From Candidatus Bathyarchaeia archaeon (GTDB taxonomy: Archaea; Thermoproteota; Bathyarchaeia; Bathyarchaeales; DTEX01), in contig JAVZNR010000001.1 in NCBI GenBank assembly GCA_038882715.1, positions 179,668 through 243,667 on the forward strand: 64,000 nucleotides of DNA, read 5' to 3'. The notes beneath the pieces were generated by a model that was given only the letters and a program-made list of their open reading frames with translations, was not told the DNA's origin and searched no databases. A program made the translations under genes and the position numbers. Positions 37,344 to 47,173 of the stretch are shown in pieces. Each line of letters starts with the position of its first letter. The stretch's first letter is position 1.

Positions 37344-39269
37344 ATGAAAGTTAATGTGATTTTCCAGCCAGAAGGTAAACATGTGAAAGTCCCGCTTGGA
37401 AGCACCGTTCTAGAGGCTGCGAAAGCTGCCAGTGTGGATTTAACGTCAATTTGCGGCGGCGCCGGCAAATGCGGAAAATGTAGAATCATAATTGAGGACG
37501 GTATAAGCAATGTAAATTCTTTAACTGAAATTGAATACAAGTTTCTTTCGAACTCAGATATATCTGCCGGTTATAGGCTGGCATGCCAGACGGTCATTAA
37601 AGGTCCACTTCTCATAAGGATCCCTGAGGAGAGTAGGACAGGTAGGCAGAGACTTCAAGTGGAAGGTGTTGAAACGCCAGTTGCTCTAGAACCCGTTATC
37701 AAAAAATACTTCGTTGAGATACCTATGCCAAGCCTGCAAGATATTAGATCTGATGTTGACAGGTTGCTTGACGCGCTCAGGGGAAAATATGGGCTTAAAA
37801 ATTTAGCCGTAGATTATGGGGTACTTCTAGATCTGCCGTCAGTTTTAAGGGAGAGCGAGTGGAAAGTGACGGCTGTTGTTTCGGGGGAAACAACAGTAAT
37901 TAGCGTTGAGCCAGGAGATACCACTAAAAGGCTGTTTGGATGCGCTTTCGATATAGGGACAACCAAGATTGCAGGCTACCTTCTTGACTTAAACAATGGG
38001 AGCGTTTTGGCTGTTGACTCGCTAATGAACCCGCAAGTATCTTATGGTGAGGATGTCATTTCAAGGATAACTTACGCGTCTAAGGGATATAGCGAGCTAA
38101 CAGAGTTGCAGAGGGCGGTTATCAGCGGAATCAACCAAATTTTAGGGAATCTAATGGATAAAACTGGTGTAAATCCCGAAGAGATCTATGAGATGACTGT
38201 TGTCGGCAACACCGCCATGCATCATTTATTTTTAGGCATATGTCCTAAATACGTGGCTTTATCACCGTACCCGCCGGTTATAAAGCATAGCGTAAATGTT
38301 AAAGCTAAAGATTTAGCTGTTAAAATAAATCAGAATGGGAACATTCATATTTTACCGTTAATAGGCGGGTTCGTTGGAGCGGATACTGTCGCAGTTATAT
38401 TGGCAACTAAAATACATGAGAGAGATGATCTCTGTATGGCGCTTGATATTGGGACAAATACTGAAGTTGTTTTAGGGAATAAAGATGGGATTCTGGCGTG
38501 TTCATGCGCTTCAGGGCCAGCTTTTGAAGGCGCCCATATAAAGCATGGTATGAGGGCTGCCAGCGGTGCCATTGAGAAAATCAGAATAAACTTGGATAGC
38601 CTAGAAGTCGAGTATCAAACTATAGATGGTGTTAAACCGCGCGGTATATGTGGATCAGCTATGGTCGACGCTATTGCAGAAATGCTTAAAGCCGGATTAA
38701 TCGACATCTTTGGAACATTTAATAAAGATATTTCTTCCACAAGGCTGCGTCGAGGAAACGCCGGATACGAGTTTGTGCTCGCATGGGGTAATGAGACCGC
38801 CACTGGAAGCGACATAGTAGTCACCCAAAAGGACATAAGGGAGATTCAACTCGCAAAGGCCGCGATACATACGGGATGCATGATATTAATGGAGAAGATG
38901 GGGGTAAGAGAAAAGGATATCAGCACACTATTTATCGCCGGGGCCTTCGGTTCATATATAGATCCTAAAAATGCGAGAACTATAGGCATGTATCCTGAAA
39001 TACCGTTAAGCAGGGTTAAAATCGTCGGCAATGCGGCTGGAACCGGAGCTAGAATGGCTTTAGTTTCAGGCTCAATGCGGAGAAAAGCTGAAGAGATTTC
39101 GAGAAGAGTTAAATATGTTGAGCTTGGGGCTGAGCAGGATTTCCAGGCTGAATTTCTGAATTCACATTTAATACCATACGCTGATCTGGAGAGATATCCC
39201 GAAACAATAGAAGAACTCAGAAAACTTGGCAGAGAGATTAAGAAGCCGCCAATAATATTTAATCGATAG
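37344..39269 (+). CDS. RACo-like reductive activator of corrinoid proteins (2Fe-2S ferredoxin + ASKHA ATPase, DUF4445)
   Basis: N-terminal plant-type 2Fe-2S motif CGGAGKCGKCR...ACQ. The ASKHA motifs DIGTTKIAGY and DIGTNTE are present. 641 aa. Confidence 0.8.
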   Translation: MKVNVIFQPEGKHVKVPLGSTVLEAAKAASVDLTSICGGAGKCGKCRIIIEDGISNVNSLTEIEYKFLSNSDISAGYRLACQTVIKGPLLIRIPEESRTGRQRLQVEGVETPVALEPVIKKYFVEIPMPSLQDIRSDVDRLLDALRGKYGLKNLAVDYGVLLDLPSVLRESEWKVTAVVSGETTVISVEPGDTTKRLFGCAFDIGTTKIAGYLLDLNNGSVLAVDSLMNPQVSYGEDVISRITYASKGYSELTELQRAVISGINQILGNLMDKTGVNPEEIYEMTVVGNTAMHHLFLGICPKYVALSPYPPVIKHSVNVKAKDLAVKINQNGNIHILPLIGGFVGADTVAVILATKIHERDDLCMALDIGTNTEVVLGNKDGILACSCASGPAFEGAHIKHGMRAASGAIEKIRINLDSLEVEYQTIDGVKPRGICGSAMVDAIAEMLKAGLIDIFGTFNKDISSTRLRRGNAGYEFVLAWGNETATGSDIVVTQKDIREIQLAKAAIHTGCMILMEKMGVREKDISTLFIAGAFGSYIDPKNARTIGMYPEIPLSRVKIVGNAAGTGARMALVSGSMRRKAEEISRRVKYVELGAEQDFQAEFLNSHLIPYADLERYPETIEELRKLGREIKKPPIIFNR

Positions 39270-39286
39270 ACGAAAACGTCTAAAGT

Positions 39287-40801
39287 TTAAACGCTTTTAG
39301 CGCATATCTTAAGCCCCGCTCCAAAGTATTCTTTATAATATTTTTCAAACATTTCATTTTGCATCCTTCTGAGTTTTTCGCTTATTTTCACCGGATATGG
39401 CTCGCTGCCCCTTATACGCTTATATTTCTCAGGCAGGGCAGCCAGCTGTTCGGCGCAATACTTCCTTATCTCCTTAAGTTCCGGAAAATCATAAACTATT
39501 TCGCCTTTGATAACTATCGGAACGAGTAAAGGTTTCGCGCCCTCAACCTCCTCATCCCAAAGGGCAATCATATCTTCTACATATTGCCCATTCTCTGTTC
39601 TCCTCCAAACTTGCTTTCTACCTGGAAGCGTTGCCTTACTTGCGCTACTTGTAAATTTTGTCACCGGTATGAGGTTCCCCTTCTTGTCGCTTGTCTCAGC
39701 TATTTTGAATATTCCGTCTAGGGCTGAAACCCCTCCCTCCTTAGTCAGCGAATCGTAGTTTGCACCGGTTACAAGCTTTGTTCCAACACCGAATCCATCT
39801 ATTGGAGCACCCCTCATTAAGGCGTCTTCGATCACAAACTCGTCTAGGCGGTCGCTCACAATAATCCGCGTATCAGTTAAACCAGCTTCATCAAGCATTT
39901 TTCGCGCTATTTTACTTAGTTCCACCGGGTCTCCGCTGTCAAGTCTGATTCCAGCAAGCTTATAACCCCTTCTCTTAAGTTCTAAACCCACTTTTATAGC
40001 GTTTTTAATGCCCTCAATAGTTTCATAAGTGTCCACTAGGAGAGCAGCATTATGCGGGAAACTTTCAGCGTACTCCATGAAAGCCGACAGCTCAGTTTCC
40101 TTAAATGAGCCAGCTCCCCTATAGCGTTCCTCAATAAACTTATGTGGTATCGTTCCAACAAACGGTATTCCCCACTTCATTGCGGCTATAACGAGCGATG
40201 TGCCATCAAATCCGCCAATATATGCTGCTCTCGCCGCCAAAACTGCAGCATCCCTTCCATGAGCCCTTCTTGCGCCAAAATCAACAACAGTTTTTGGCGA
40301 GAAAAACGTGTTTCTTCCCTTGGCAGCGTAAACTATTCTGGAGGCTTTCGTCGCAACCAAGCTCTCAAAATTCATTATGTTAAGCAAGTATGTTTCGAGA
40401 ATTTGAACATCTATAGATGGGCCTGTGACATTTATCACTGGTTCGTTTGGAAAAACTGGCGTACCTTCTGGAACAGCGTAAATGTCGCCCTTAAACTCAA
40501 AATTCTCTAAGTAATCCAGAAACTCGCTGCTTAAATCCCTTCCAGCGGTTTTCTCAAGCCACTCGCGATGCTTTTTACTCAACCCCCTATTTAAGATTTG
40601 AATGTAGCTGATGAATTGCTCTAAACCCGCCGCGATAACGTAGGAGCCTAGATGCTTTGGAACCTCGCGGAAAAAGTATGTTTCAGTTATCGTGTTGTTT
40701 ACTCCATGGTCAAAATTGCATTTTCCAGAGGTTAGCTCATAGTAATCTACGAAGAGAAAAAGATCATCCTCGCTTAGGAGGCCGGATTCAAGTTTCTTCA
40801 A
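39287..40801 (-). CDS. pncB: Nicotinate phosphoribosyltransferase
   Basis: Family pattern (FGARRAHG, GIRLDSGD, GVGT), 504 aa. Confidence 0.8.
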   Translation of the reverse strand: MKKLESGLLSEDDLFLFVDYYELTSGKCNFDHGVNNTITETYFFREVPKHLGSYVIAAGLEQFISYIQILNRGLSKKHREWLEKTAGRDLSSEFLDYLENFEFKGDIYAVPEGTPVFPNEPVINVTGPSIDVQILETYLLNIMNFESLVATKASRIVYAAKGRNTFFSPKTVVDFGARRAHGRDAAVLAARAAYIGGFDGTSLVIAAMKWGIPFVGTIPHKFIEERYRGAGSFKETELSAFMEYAESFPHNAALLVDTYETIEGIKNAIKVGLELKRRGYKLAGIRLDSGDPVELSKIARKMLDEAGLTDTRIIVSDRLDEFVIEDALMRGAPIDGFGVGTKLVTGANYDSLTKEGGVSALDGIFKIAETSDKKGNLIPVTKFTSSASKATLPGRKQVWRRTENGQYVEDMIALWDEEVEGAKPLLVPIVIKGEIVYDFPELKEIRKYCAEQLAALPEKYKRIRGSEPYPVKISEKLRRMQNEMFEKYYKEYFGAGLKICAKSV

Positions 40802-40946
40802 GCCTTGTTTTCACCTCAAGTATGCTGGCTACCATTAAATGTTACAAGAAAGATAATTTTCGGAGATTTATTTAACTTAATCTATTTTTGGTTTCTAACG
40901 ATCTTATCGAAAAAGATTAGGCTTGAGATGCTTCAGCTAGGGATTT

Positions 40947-42131
40947 TTATTGCCAGAGATTAGTTTCCGTAGGTTGTTGGCCGCGCCCCCTTTTACCAAC
41001 TCTTTTCTTAGTGGCTACCGTCTTCTTTATGGAGGACACGATTTCATCATAGATTAGCGGCAGATCCCAGCCGCTCGAAGAGTAATTATATGTTCCTCCA
41101 GCCGTTATTATGGTAACCTTAACCTCGTATCTTTTTCTCTGCCCACTTAAAGATGACGCCTTAATGATGCTTCGCGCTTCCATAATTGGCGGAAGAAACC
41201 TGCTTACACCATTAATTAGGCGAGTAAATTTTATTTTGGCAGCCTCGGCCTCGAATGGATCGTCCGGTAAACCAACAATGTATACTGGAAATTCAGCTTT
41301 AGATTCTTCGGCAGATATAAGCTTAGCGAAGTCCCTATAGGTCACTATTCCCTGAAGCTCTTCATCAATGGTCACTAGGGAATATGATAAGCGTTGCATA
41401 AGCATGCTTTCAGCGACATCTTTAATCGGCACCTGTGGCTCAAACTTTAATGGTGTCCTCATCATTATTGCTTCCACCGGCTGGCTTAATGGGCTCAGCA
41501 TGTCTGGCACCCCAGAGCTATATTTCTCGCTTCCAACGTCGGTCATTAGGCTAAAAACTATATGGGAGGATGTTACTACGCCAGAGACCTTGCCGCCTTC
41601 GATAACTGGCAGATGATCAATTCTTCTCCGAAGCATTATCCCTCTAGCTTTAGAAACTTTTTCGCCAGCCGATAATGTTATGGGCGAGGGGCTCATTATT
41701 TTTGAAACCCTTATTTTACCTAAAGCGCTATTCTTGACTTCGTTAACTATGGATCTAATGTCTATTTTGCCCATCACTTCATTATTTTGAATTATTGGGA
41801 GCGCTCTCAACCTATAGTCGGCCATCAATCTAGCCGCTTTAAGAAGCCCTTCATTGGGCGGTAAGCTTGGGATAAAACTCATAATGGTTTCAATCTTCGT
41901 AGTGGCGGGGTTTTTTACCCTTAAAATATCTCTTATTGTTACAGTTCCAACTTTATTGCCAACATGCGCGAAAACCTCGTAGGAATCACTAACTTTCATT
42001 AAACCGATTGCCTTTGATACTGGCGCAGAGGGTTCAACGATAAGGCATTCAGATATAAAATTGCCGACAATCTTTTCTTTTAGACTCAAACTAATCCCCA
42101 ACCAAAACCTTAAAATAAAATATGTTCTCAA
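40947..42131 (-). CDS. Four-CBS-domain protein with a C-terminal HPF/S30AE-like domain
   Basis: Four CBS repeats lie in residues about 25-275. Residues about 282-376 show the beta-alpha-beta-beta-beta-alpha sequence pattern of HPF/YfiA. The true start is uncertain because the first 20 codons are hydrophobic and may be spurious. Confidence 0.65.
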   Translation of the reverse strand: MRTYFILRFWLGISLSLKEKIVGNFISECLIVEPSAPVSKAIGLMKVSDSYEVFAHVGNKVGTVTIRDILRVKNPATTKIETIMSFIPSLPPNEGLLKAARLMADYRLRALPIIQNNEVMGKIDIRSIVNEVKNSALGKIRVSKIMSPSPITLSAGEKVSKARGIMLRRRIDHLPVIEGGKVSGVVTSSHIVFSLMTDVGSEKYSSGVPDMLSPLSQPVEAIMMRTPLKFEPQVPIKDVAESMLMQRLSYSLVTIDEELQGIVTYRDFAKLISAEESKAEFPVYIVGLPDDPFEAEAAKIKFTRLINGVSRFLPPIMEARSIIKASSLSGQRKRYEVKVTIITAGGTYNYSSSGWDLPLIYDEIVSSIKKTVATKKRVGKRGRGQQPTETNLWQ

Positions 42132-42276
42132 ACCTTTTTATGGCTGACGGTTTTATCTGACATTAACTACTACTTAGATGAGAATATACGGCTGAATGGC
42201 AGCTAACGTTAATTCTCCACATCATGCTCATAAAGACTGAAAGTCTGCCCCAGTTTAATTACACGTGAATAGTCTA

Positions 42277-43188
42277 CTATCTTCGGTAAACGTCTATTAG
42301 GCTTCTTATCCCTTCTTCGAAGTCTATTTTGGCTTTAAATCCCAGAACCTCCTTGGCTTTAGTCACATCTGCCAGCGTATGATGTACGTAGTTTTTAATT
42401 GGGTTCGGCTTATAAATCGGTTTTACATCCTTCATAAGCAACCTGTTAATCACGTTGATTACATCGTTAAAGCTGTGGGCTACGCCAGTTCCAACATTAA
42501 ATATTTCATAGTCGAAGTTGCCCTCAGCTGCTAAGAGAAATGCCTCAACAACATCCGATACATGTATGAAGTCACGTGTTTGCGTCCCATCGCCGAATAT
42601 TACCGGTGGCTCATCCCGCTGGATCATCCAAAGGAACTGTGAGACTATATTGGCGTATTCGCCCTTATGCTGCTCCTTCGGCCCGTAAACGCTGAAGAGC
42701 CTTAACCCAACGGATTTAACGTTATATAGTATGTTATAGAGTTTTGCTAGGCGCTCGATGGCGTATCGGCACTCGGTATAATAGTCTGTCACATAGATCG
42801 GCATATCTTCCCTGTAAGGCAGCGGGTTACCGTTATATAGGCTGCTTGTGCTCGCGAAAACGATACTGCAGCCTTCTTTCCTCGCGAACTCGAATATGGC
42901 TATAGCATCATTTATTGTTTTACCGACGAGCTCAGGATTTCTCTTATACATGGGCGAAGATGAGGGCATGCCTAGATGGAAGACTATGTCGGTATTTGGC
43001 GCCAAATCCTTCATATCTTCATAAGGTCTGTTGAAGAACTTTATGTCTAATTCCTCAACGTTCTTTAGGTTTCCAGTTGACAAGTTGTCGAAGACTATGA
43101 CTTCATGGCCGTCCCTAACCAGTCTTTCGACAAGGTTACTTCCGATAAAACCACAACCACCGGTCACAACAACCCTCAACAACAACAC
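42277..43188 (-). CDS. NAD-dependent nucleotide-sugar epimerase/dehydratase (SDR)
   Basis: VTGGCGFIGSNL Rossmann motif and a YxxxK motif. Confidence 0.85.
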   Translation of the reverse strand: MLLLRVVVTGGCGFIGSNLVERLVRDGHEVIVFDNLSTGNLKNVEELDIKFFNRPYEDMKDLAPNTDIVFHLGMPSSSPMYKRNPELVGKTINDAIAIFEFARKEGCSIVFASTSSLYNGNPLPYREDMPIYVTDYYTECRYAIERLAKLYNILYNVKSVGLRLFSVYGPKEQHKGEYANIVSQFLWMIQRDEPPVIFGDGTQTRDFIHVSDVVEAFLLAAEGNFDYEIFNVGTGVAHSFNDVINVINRLLMKDVKPIYKPNPIKNYVHHTLADVTKAKEVLGFKAKIDFEEGIRSLIDVYRR

Positions 43189-43438
43189 CTCAACCGAGTC
43201 TTTAACAAATTAATTTTCAGTAGGGGGGTTATATTACGTTATCTATTAAGAATCAGAATTAAGCTTTACGAGAGTTGGCATGTTTCATAGAGGTCTGTAG
43301 CGGCTAGAACAGTTGCCACCCTCCTCTTCTATAACACCATCCTAGAGTTTTCTTCGTCTAAGCTTTATGTATTATCTCTGGGCCATTTATGGGCGCTCAC
43401 GCGAATGAGGGTGTCCGGCAGGGGTGGAGAAAATAATA

Positions 43439-45043
43439 TCAACTACTACACCAGCCTAAAACTTTATTCTCATAGCGCGCAATCAACCTAAAAATCGGTT
43501 TCAGCGGCCTTACAACCCCGAAAATCCTCTCAAGCTCATTTAAGTCCTCTCTATTAATAGCCTTCAACGTCGGCGCTACCGTCAGATATGTTGCCGCATA
43601 TATAGCTGAGCATAATATTAGGCTTATTATGCTCGGCAGATACGTGTAAAACGCAAGAACTACTGCTGGAGCTGCCGAAAGCGCTGAAGATGCATATATT
43701 TTAGCGCTGACAGAAAGATTCAGGCTTAAATCCAGCCTCCTTCTAGCCAGCTCATAGGCGTATAAGGTTGATATCAGGTTCGATGTTAAAAGGGAGGCGA
43801 TGACCCCTAGAACACCATAGGGAGCTGCTAGAAAAGGTGCAATAGTCACAAACACGGCTAGGTTAATAATGTTCAACCTCAGCGTCAAACCCGTCTCGCC
43901 AACCCCATTAAAAAGGCTTCCGAAAATCCCTGAGCCTAACCCTATCAGCATGTGAGTAACGGAGTAGAATGCTAGATAAACTCCAGCCGGAGCATAGTTT
44001 TCGCCATAAACTACATTTACGAGATGATTTGATATTGAGGCGATAAGCGCGGCAAGCGGAACGACGATCAGCGACGAATATTTCACTGACAAATTGAGGA
44101 ATTCTTCAATCTTCTCCCTTAACCCGTGGGAATTAAGCCTACTGAAGGCTGGGAATAGCGCTGTAAGTATCGGCGATACAACAACCGTGAGTATTGTCGA
44201 TATGTTTACGGCAGCTCTAAAACATCCAATCTCAACCTCTGAAGAGAACTTAGCGAGCAATATAGCTTGATAATTGCCTAGAAGAAGGATTAGCAGCGAC
44301 GAGCCATATAATGGTAGAGAGAACTTAACAGTCTCCCAAAAACAGCCTGAACCACTATGGTCCCCGCCGAATTCCTCTATCCCAGATGGAGAATTTAAGC
44401 GCCTGTAATGATGAAAATAGAGCACCAATAACCCTATTATCGATGGGATAATATAGCCGACCATATGCCCTATGAGCGCACCGTAAACCCCTAAACCTAA
44501 AAGAACTAGGATAGGTGCTGTAATTCCCTTAAAAATCGCCATTAGAATCCTAGTCATAGAGGCATCTCTGCTGGAGTTCAAACCCACAAAGAGGCCATAA
44601 AGCAGCGAGAAAAAGGTCTCGAAGAGGACGAGCATGGATAGAAGCCTAATGTACGGCGCTACACTTAACCTATCAAGCAGGGTTTCAGCCATAATGTCCG
44701 AGACGATGAAGCAGGCGAAGGAGGCAGCTAGCCCTGTGAAAAGCCTAAAGGCTAAAACCATTCTTATGAACCTTAACGCAAGTTTATTTTTGCCTTCAGA
44801 AATATATTTGGCCGGAAACCTTATTGCCGCTGAATCTAAGCCCAAACTCGCTAGGGAGATCGCCAGCGCTGGCACCACAAAGCTAACGGAATATATCCCG
44901 TAGCCTTCAGGTCCGAGAAGCCTCGCAACCACTATAGATGAGACCGCTAACACCGCGGCTGAGGAAAAATCTCCGATAAAGAGCACAAAGCTATTTCTAG
45001 CTGAATGCTCTGCGAACTCGATTACGTCGCTGCGCGGCTCCAA
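43439..45043 (-). CDS. MOP/Wzx-family oligosaccharide flippase
   Basis: 534 aa with about 12-14 TM helices. The sequence pattern is that of polysaccharide-biosynthesis flippases, and it sits between sugar epimerase genes. Confidence 0.75.
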   Translation of the reverse strand: MEPRSDVIEFAEHSARNSFVLFIGDFSSAAVLAVSSIVVARLLGPEGYGIYSVSFVVPALAISLASLGLDSAAIRFPAKYISEGKNKLALRFIRMVLAFRLFTGLAASFACFIVSDIMAETLLDRLSVAPYIRLLSMLVLFETFFSLLYGLFVGLNSSRDASMTRILMAIFKGITAPILVLLGLGVYGALIGHMVGYIIPSIIGLLVLYFHHYRRLNSPSGIEEFGGDHSGSGCFWETVKFSLPLYGSSLLILLLGNYQAILLAKFSSEVEIGCFRAAVNISTILTVVVSPILTALFPAFSRLNSHGLREKIEEFLNLSVKYSSLIVVPLAALIASISNHLVNVVYGENYAPAGVYLAFYSVTHMLIGLGSGIFGSLFNGVGETGLTLRLNIINLAVFVTIAPFLAAPYGVLGVIASLLTSNLISTLYAYELARRRLDLSLNLSVSAKIYASSALSAAPAVVLAFYTYLPSIISLILCSAIYAATYLTVAPTLKAINREDLNELERIFGVVRPLKPIFRLIARYENKVLGWCSS

Positions 45044-45250
45044 ACCGCTCTACCCCATACCTAACCTTCGCCATTATACGCAAAAACAAAATAAGTATTT
45101 TAGAACTTATCCCCATATTAATTACGATAGTGTCCTGTAATCTATTATCTAGTTTGATCGCGAATTCGGCCAGATCTTTCTCCTTTCTTCTTATAGTCTA
45201 TCTAAAGAGAAATCGGATTGCCGTAAACCCTAATAAACTCAATTATATTC

Positions 45251-46231
45251 TTAATGCCTCACGCCTTTACTTACATCGTCGCTAATCTCGCCTAGGATTC
45301 TCCTTACGGTTTCAGCCAGCGCTTCCTTACTCTTCATTCTCGGCTGCCAACCTAAGGCTTTGATCTTCTCGATTGATAGGGCTATGCGTTTAACGTCTCC
45401 AAGCCAGCCGACGCCGTGCAGGATGGGTTTATATAGGCGCTTCACGTCTCTAAGCCCCATAGTCTCAGCGACAATATCGGCGACATCGTTGACGCTCACC
45501 CAATCCTCGCTGCCGACATTATAGACTTCAAACATGCTGGCGGACTTTCTCCAAGCAATCATAGTTGCTTCCACGGCATCCGTCACGTATATGTAGCTCC
45601 GCACCTGCATCCCGTCGCCTAAAACTTCCAAGACACTTGGGTTCCTCCGCAACTTAACTATAAAGTCGTAGACTACGCCGTGTCTAAGTCTAGGCCCAAC
45701 TACATTAGCATACCTTAATACGACGGCTCTAATCCCGTAGAGGCGGCTGTAAGCATGAATTAGGCTCTCGCATGCAGCCTTACTGGCGCCATAAACAGAT
45801 ACGGGCTTTATGGGCGCATCCTCACCGACCGGTATGGAGCTCGGCTCGCCGTAAACGCTGCTCGAAGAGGCGAAGACCAGCCCCTTAACATCATTCCTCC
45901 TCATGGCCTCAAGTAGATTAAATGTTGCCACAATATTTTCATTAAAGTGCACATCCGGATTTGTGGTGCTCACGCGTACCTCAGGATTCGCCGCGAAATG
46001 AAATACTACGCTGATATCCTTAACTACTTCAAGAATCCTCCATGAATCCTTAAGGTCAACGTTCAAAATCTTAACGCGTGAGTCGCACTTATGGTGCTGG
46101 AGGTTCTCCATCTTACCGCTGCTGAAGTTATCGATTATACGGGTCCTAAAGCCTTCATTTATAAGCCTGTCAACGAGGTGGCTTCCGATGAAGCCGGCTC
46201 CTCCAGTAACAAGCGCATCTTCACTCATCAA
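45251..46231 (-). CDS. NAD-dependent nucleotide-sugar epimerase/dehydratase (SDR)
   Basis: VTGGAGFIGSHL and YGASK motifs. Confidence 0.85.
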   Translation of the reverse strand: MMSEDALVTGGAGFIGSHLVDRLINEGFRTRIIDNFSSGKMENLQHHKCDSRVKILNVDLKDSWRILEVVKDISVVFHFAANPEVRVSTTNPDVHFNENIVATFNLLEAMRRNDVKGLVFASSSSVYGEPSSIPVGEDAPIKPVSVYGASKAACESLIHAYSRLYGIRAVVLRYANVVGPRLRHGVVYDFIVKLRRNPSVLEVLGDGMQVRSYIYVTDAVEATMIAWRKSASMFEVYNVGSEDWVSVNDVADIVAETMGLRDVKRLYKPILHGVGWLGDVKRIALSIEKIKALGWQPRMKSKEALAETVRRILGEISDDVSKGVRH

Positions 46232-46245
46232 CTTAGCTCACCCCT

Positions 46246-46701
46246 TCACCTCTCTTTACCTCTAAGCTCTTGAATTATTCTCCGCTCCATCCTCTTAAGC
46301 ATTAGAGATATTACTGCCACCGCAAGCCCTTGGAGACCAGCTACGAAGAGGACTAAACCGAGTCAAGACCAGCCTAGTGACCATGCTCCGGAACCGTAAA
46401 GATATCTTAGCGTAAGTTGCTCTAAAAGTATTACTGCTCCTGGAACTGTTAGAAGCGCTACTAGGGCAGAGAGCATGAAGACCGGGTTATAGAGCCACAT
46501 AACCTTCACGGAAGCCGTGAGTATTCTTAAGCCGTCTTTCCACGCTTTAAGCTTACCCCTGCCAAGCCTCTTTCGGTAGCTTATTGGAATCTCCACAACC
46601 CTGCCAAGCGACGCGATCTGCCTCGCCATCTCAACCTCGACAGCAAAGCCGCCGGATGTGAGCTCAAGCCTTTTAGCCACGTCGGTTCTTAAAAGATACA
46701 T
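46246..46701 (-). pseudogene. Remnant of a GT2 (dolichyl-phosphate hexose synthase-like) glycosyltransferase: N-terminally truncated, with an in-frame TGA
   Basis: Only the C-terminal third is present (FAVEVEM...VVEIPISYRKRLGRGKL plus TM helices). The catalytic N-terminal Rossmann/DxD part is absent. The frame continues past the TGA at 46363-46365 for 38 codons (LGLVLFVAGLQGLAVAVISLMLKRMERRIIQELRGKER). Confidence 0.65.
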
Positions 46702-47108
46702 TTTATCTCTGGCGTAACCCCACTATCCTTATCTCTAACAGTAATCTTTATCCAAGCGACCTCAGGCGGCATCGGCGTCTTCCCATCACAGCTGCCATAC
46801 TTGGCATACTGGACCAGCTTTCTAACAGCTATCTTCAATCCATGCTTAGTCCACTCTCTATAAGGCTGCCTGTTGACCCACGCCACGATACGCTCAATGT
46901 CACGCTTACTTGCATTAGCCGGGTCGAAGGGAACATGCCTATATATCGTGCATAGGCTTGTAGCATACTTCAGAACCCTAGCCCTAGAAAGGCCTAGGCT
47001 CTCCAGGTGATCCAGGAAAGACAACAGTATTTCATTATAGGGCAGCTGGCTCAGCCTAGACCTAGCGGCCTCAAGCCTCTTGACAACATCATGTATATCC
47101 GCTGTCAC
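46689..47108 (-). mobile_element. Tyrosine recombinase/integrase fragment, N-terminal SAM-like core-binding domain only
   Basis: 139 codons with the typical integrase N-domain pattern (FLDHLESLGLSRARVLKYATSL...DIERIVAWV). There is no catalytic R..HxxR..Y domain. It starts 65 nt downstream of the tRNA-Thr 3' end. Confidence 0.6.
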
Positions 47109-47173
47109 AATAAACTCTGTACCCGAAGACTTAAAAGGAGAGGCTATGTGTAGGGCTCCAGAACTAGGGGTAT

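Noticed and set aside
42132-42276. AUGAUGU box-C-like sequence (minus strand) in the CBS/epimerase spacer as a second C/D sRNA
   Set aside because: No CUGA box D is present on that strand at a suitable distance, and there is no terminal stem. The plus-strand CUGA motifs lack a credible box C.
46363-46365. In-frame TGA in the GT2 remnant as a possible selenocysteine or read-through codon
   Set aside because: The gene also lacks its entire catalytic N-terminal part. The TGA falls in a loop between TM helices where no redox residue is expected, and no SECIS-like structure was noticed. A nonsense mutation in a pseudogene is the simpler explanation.
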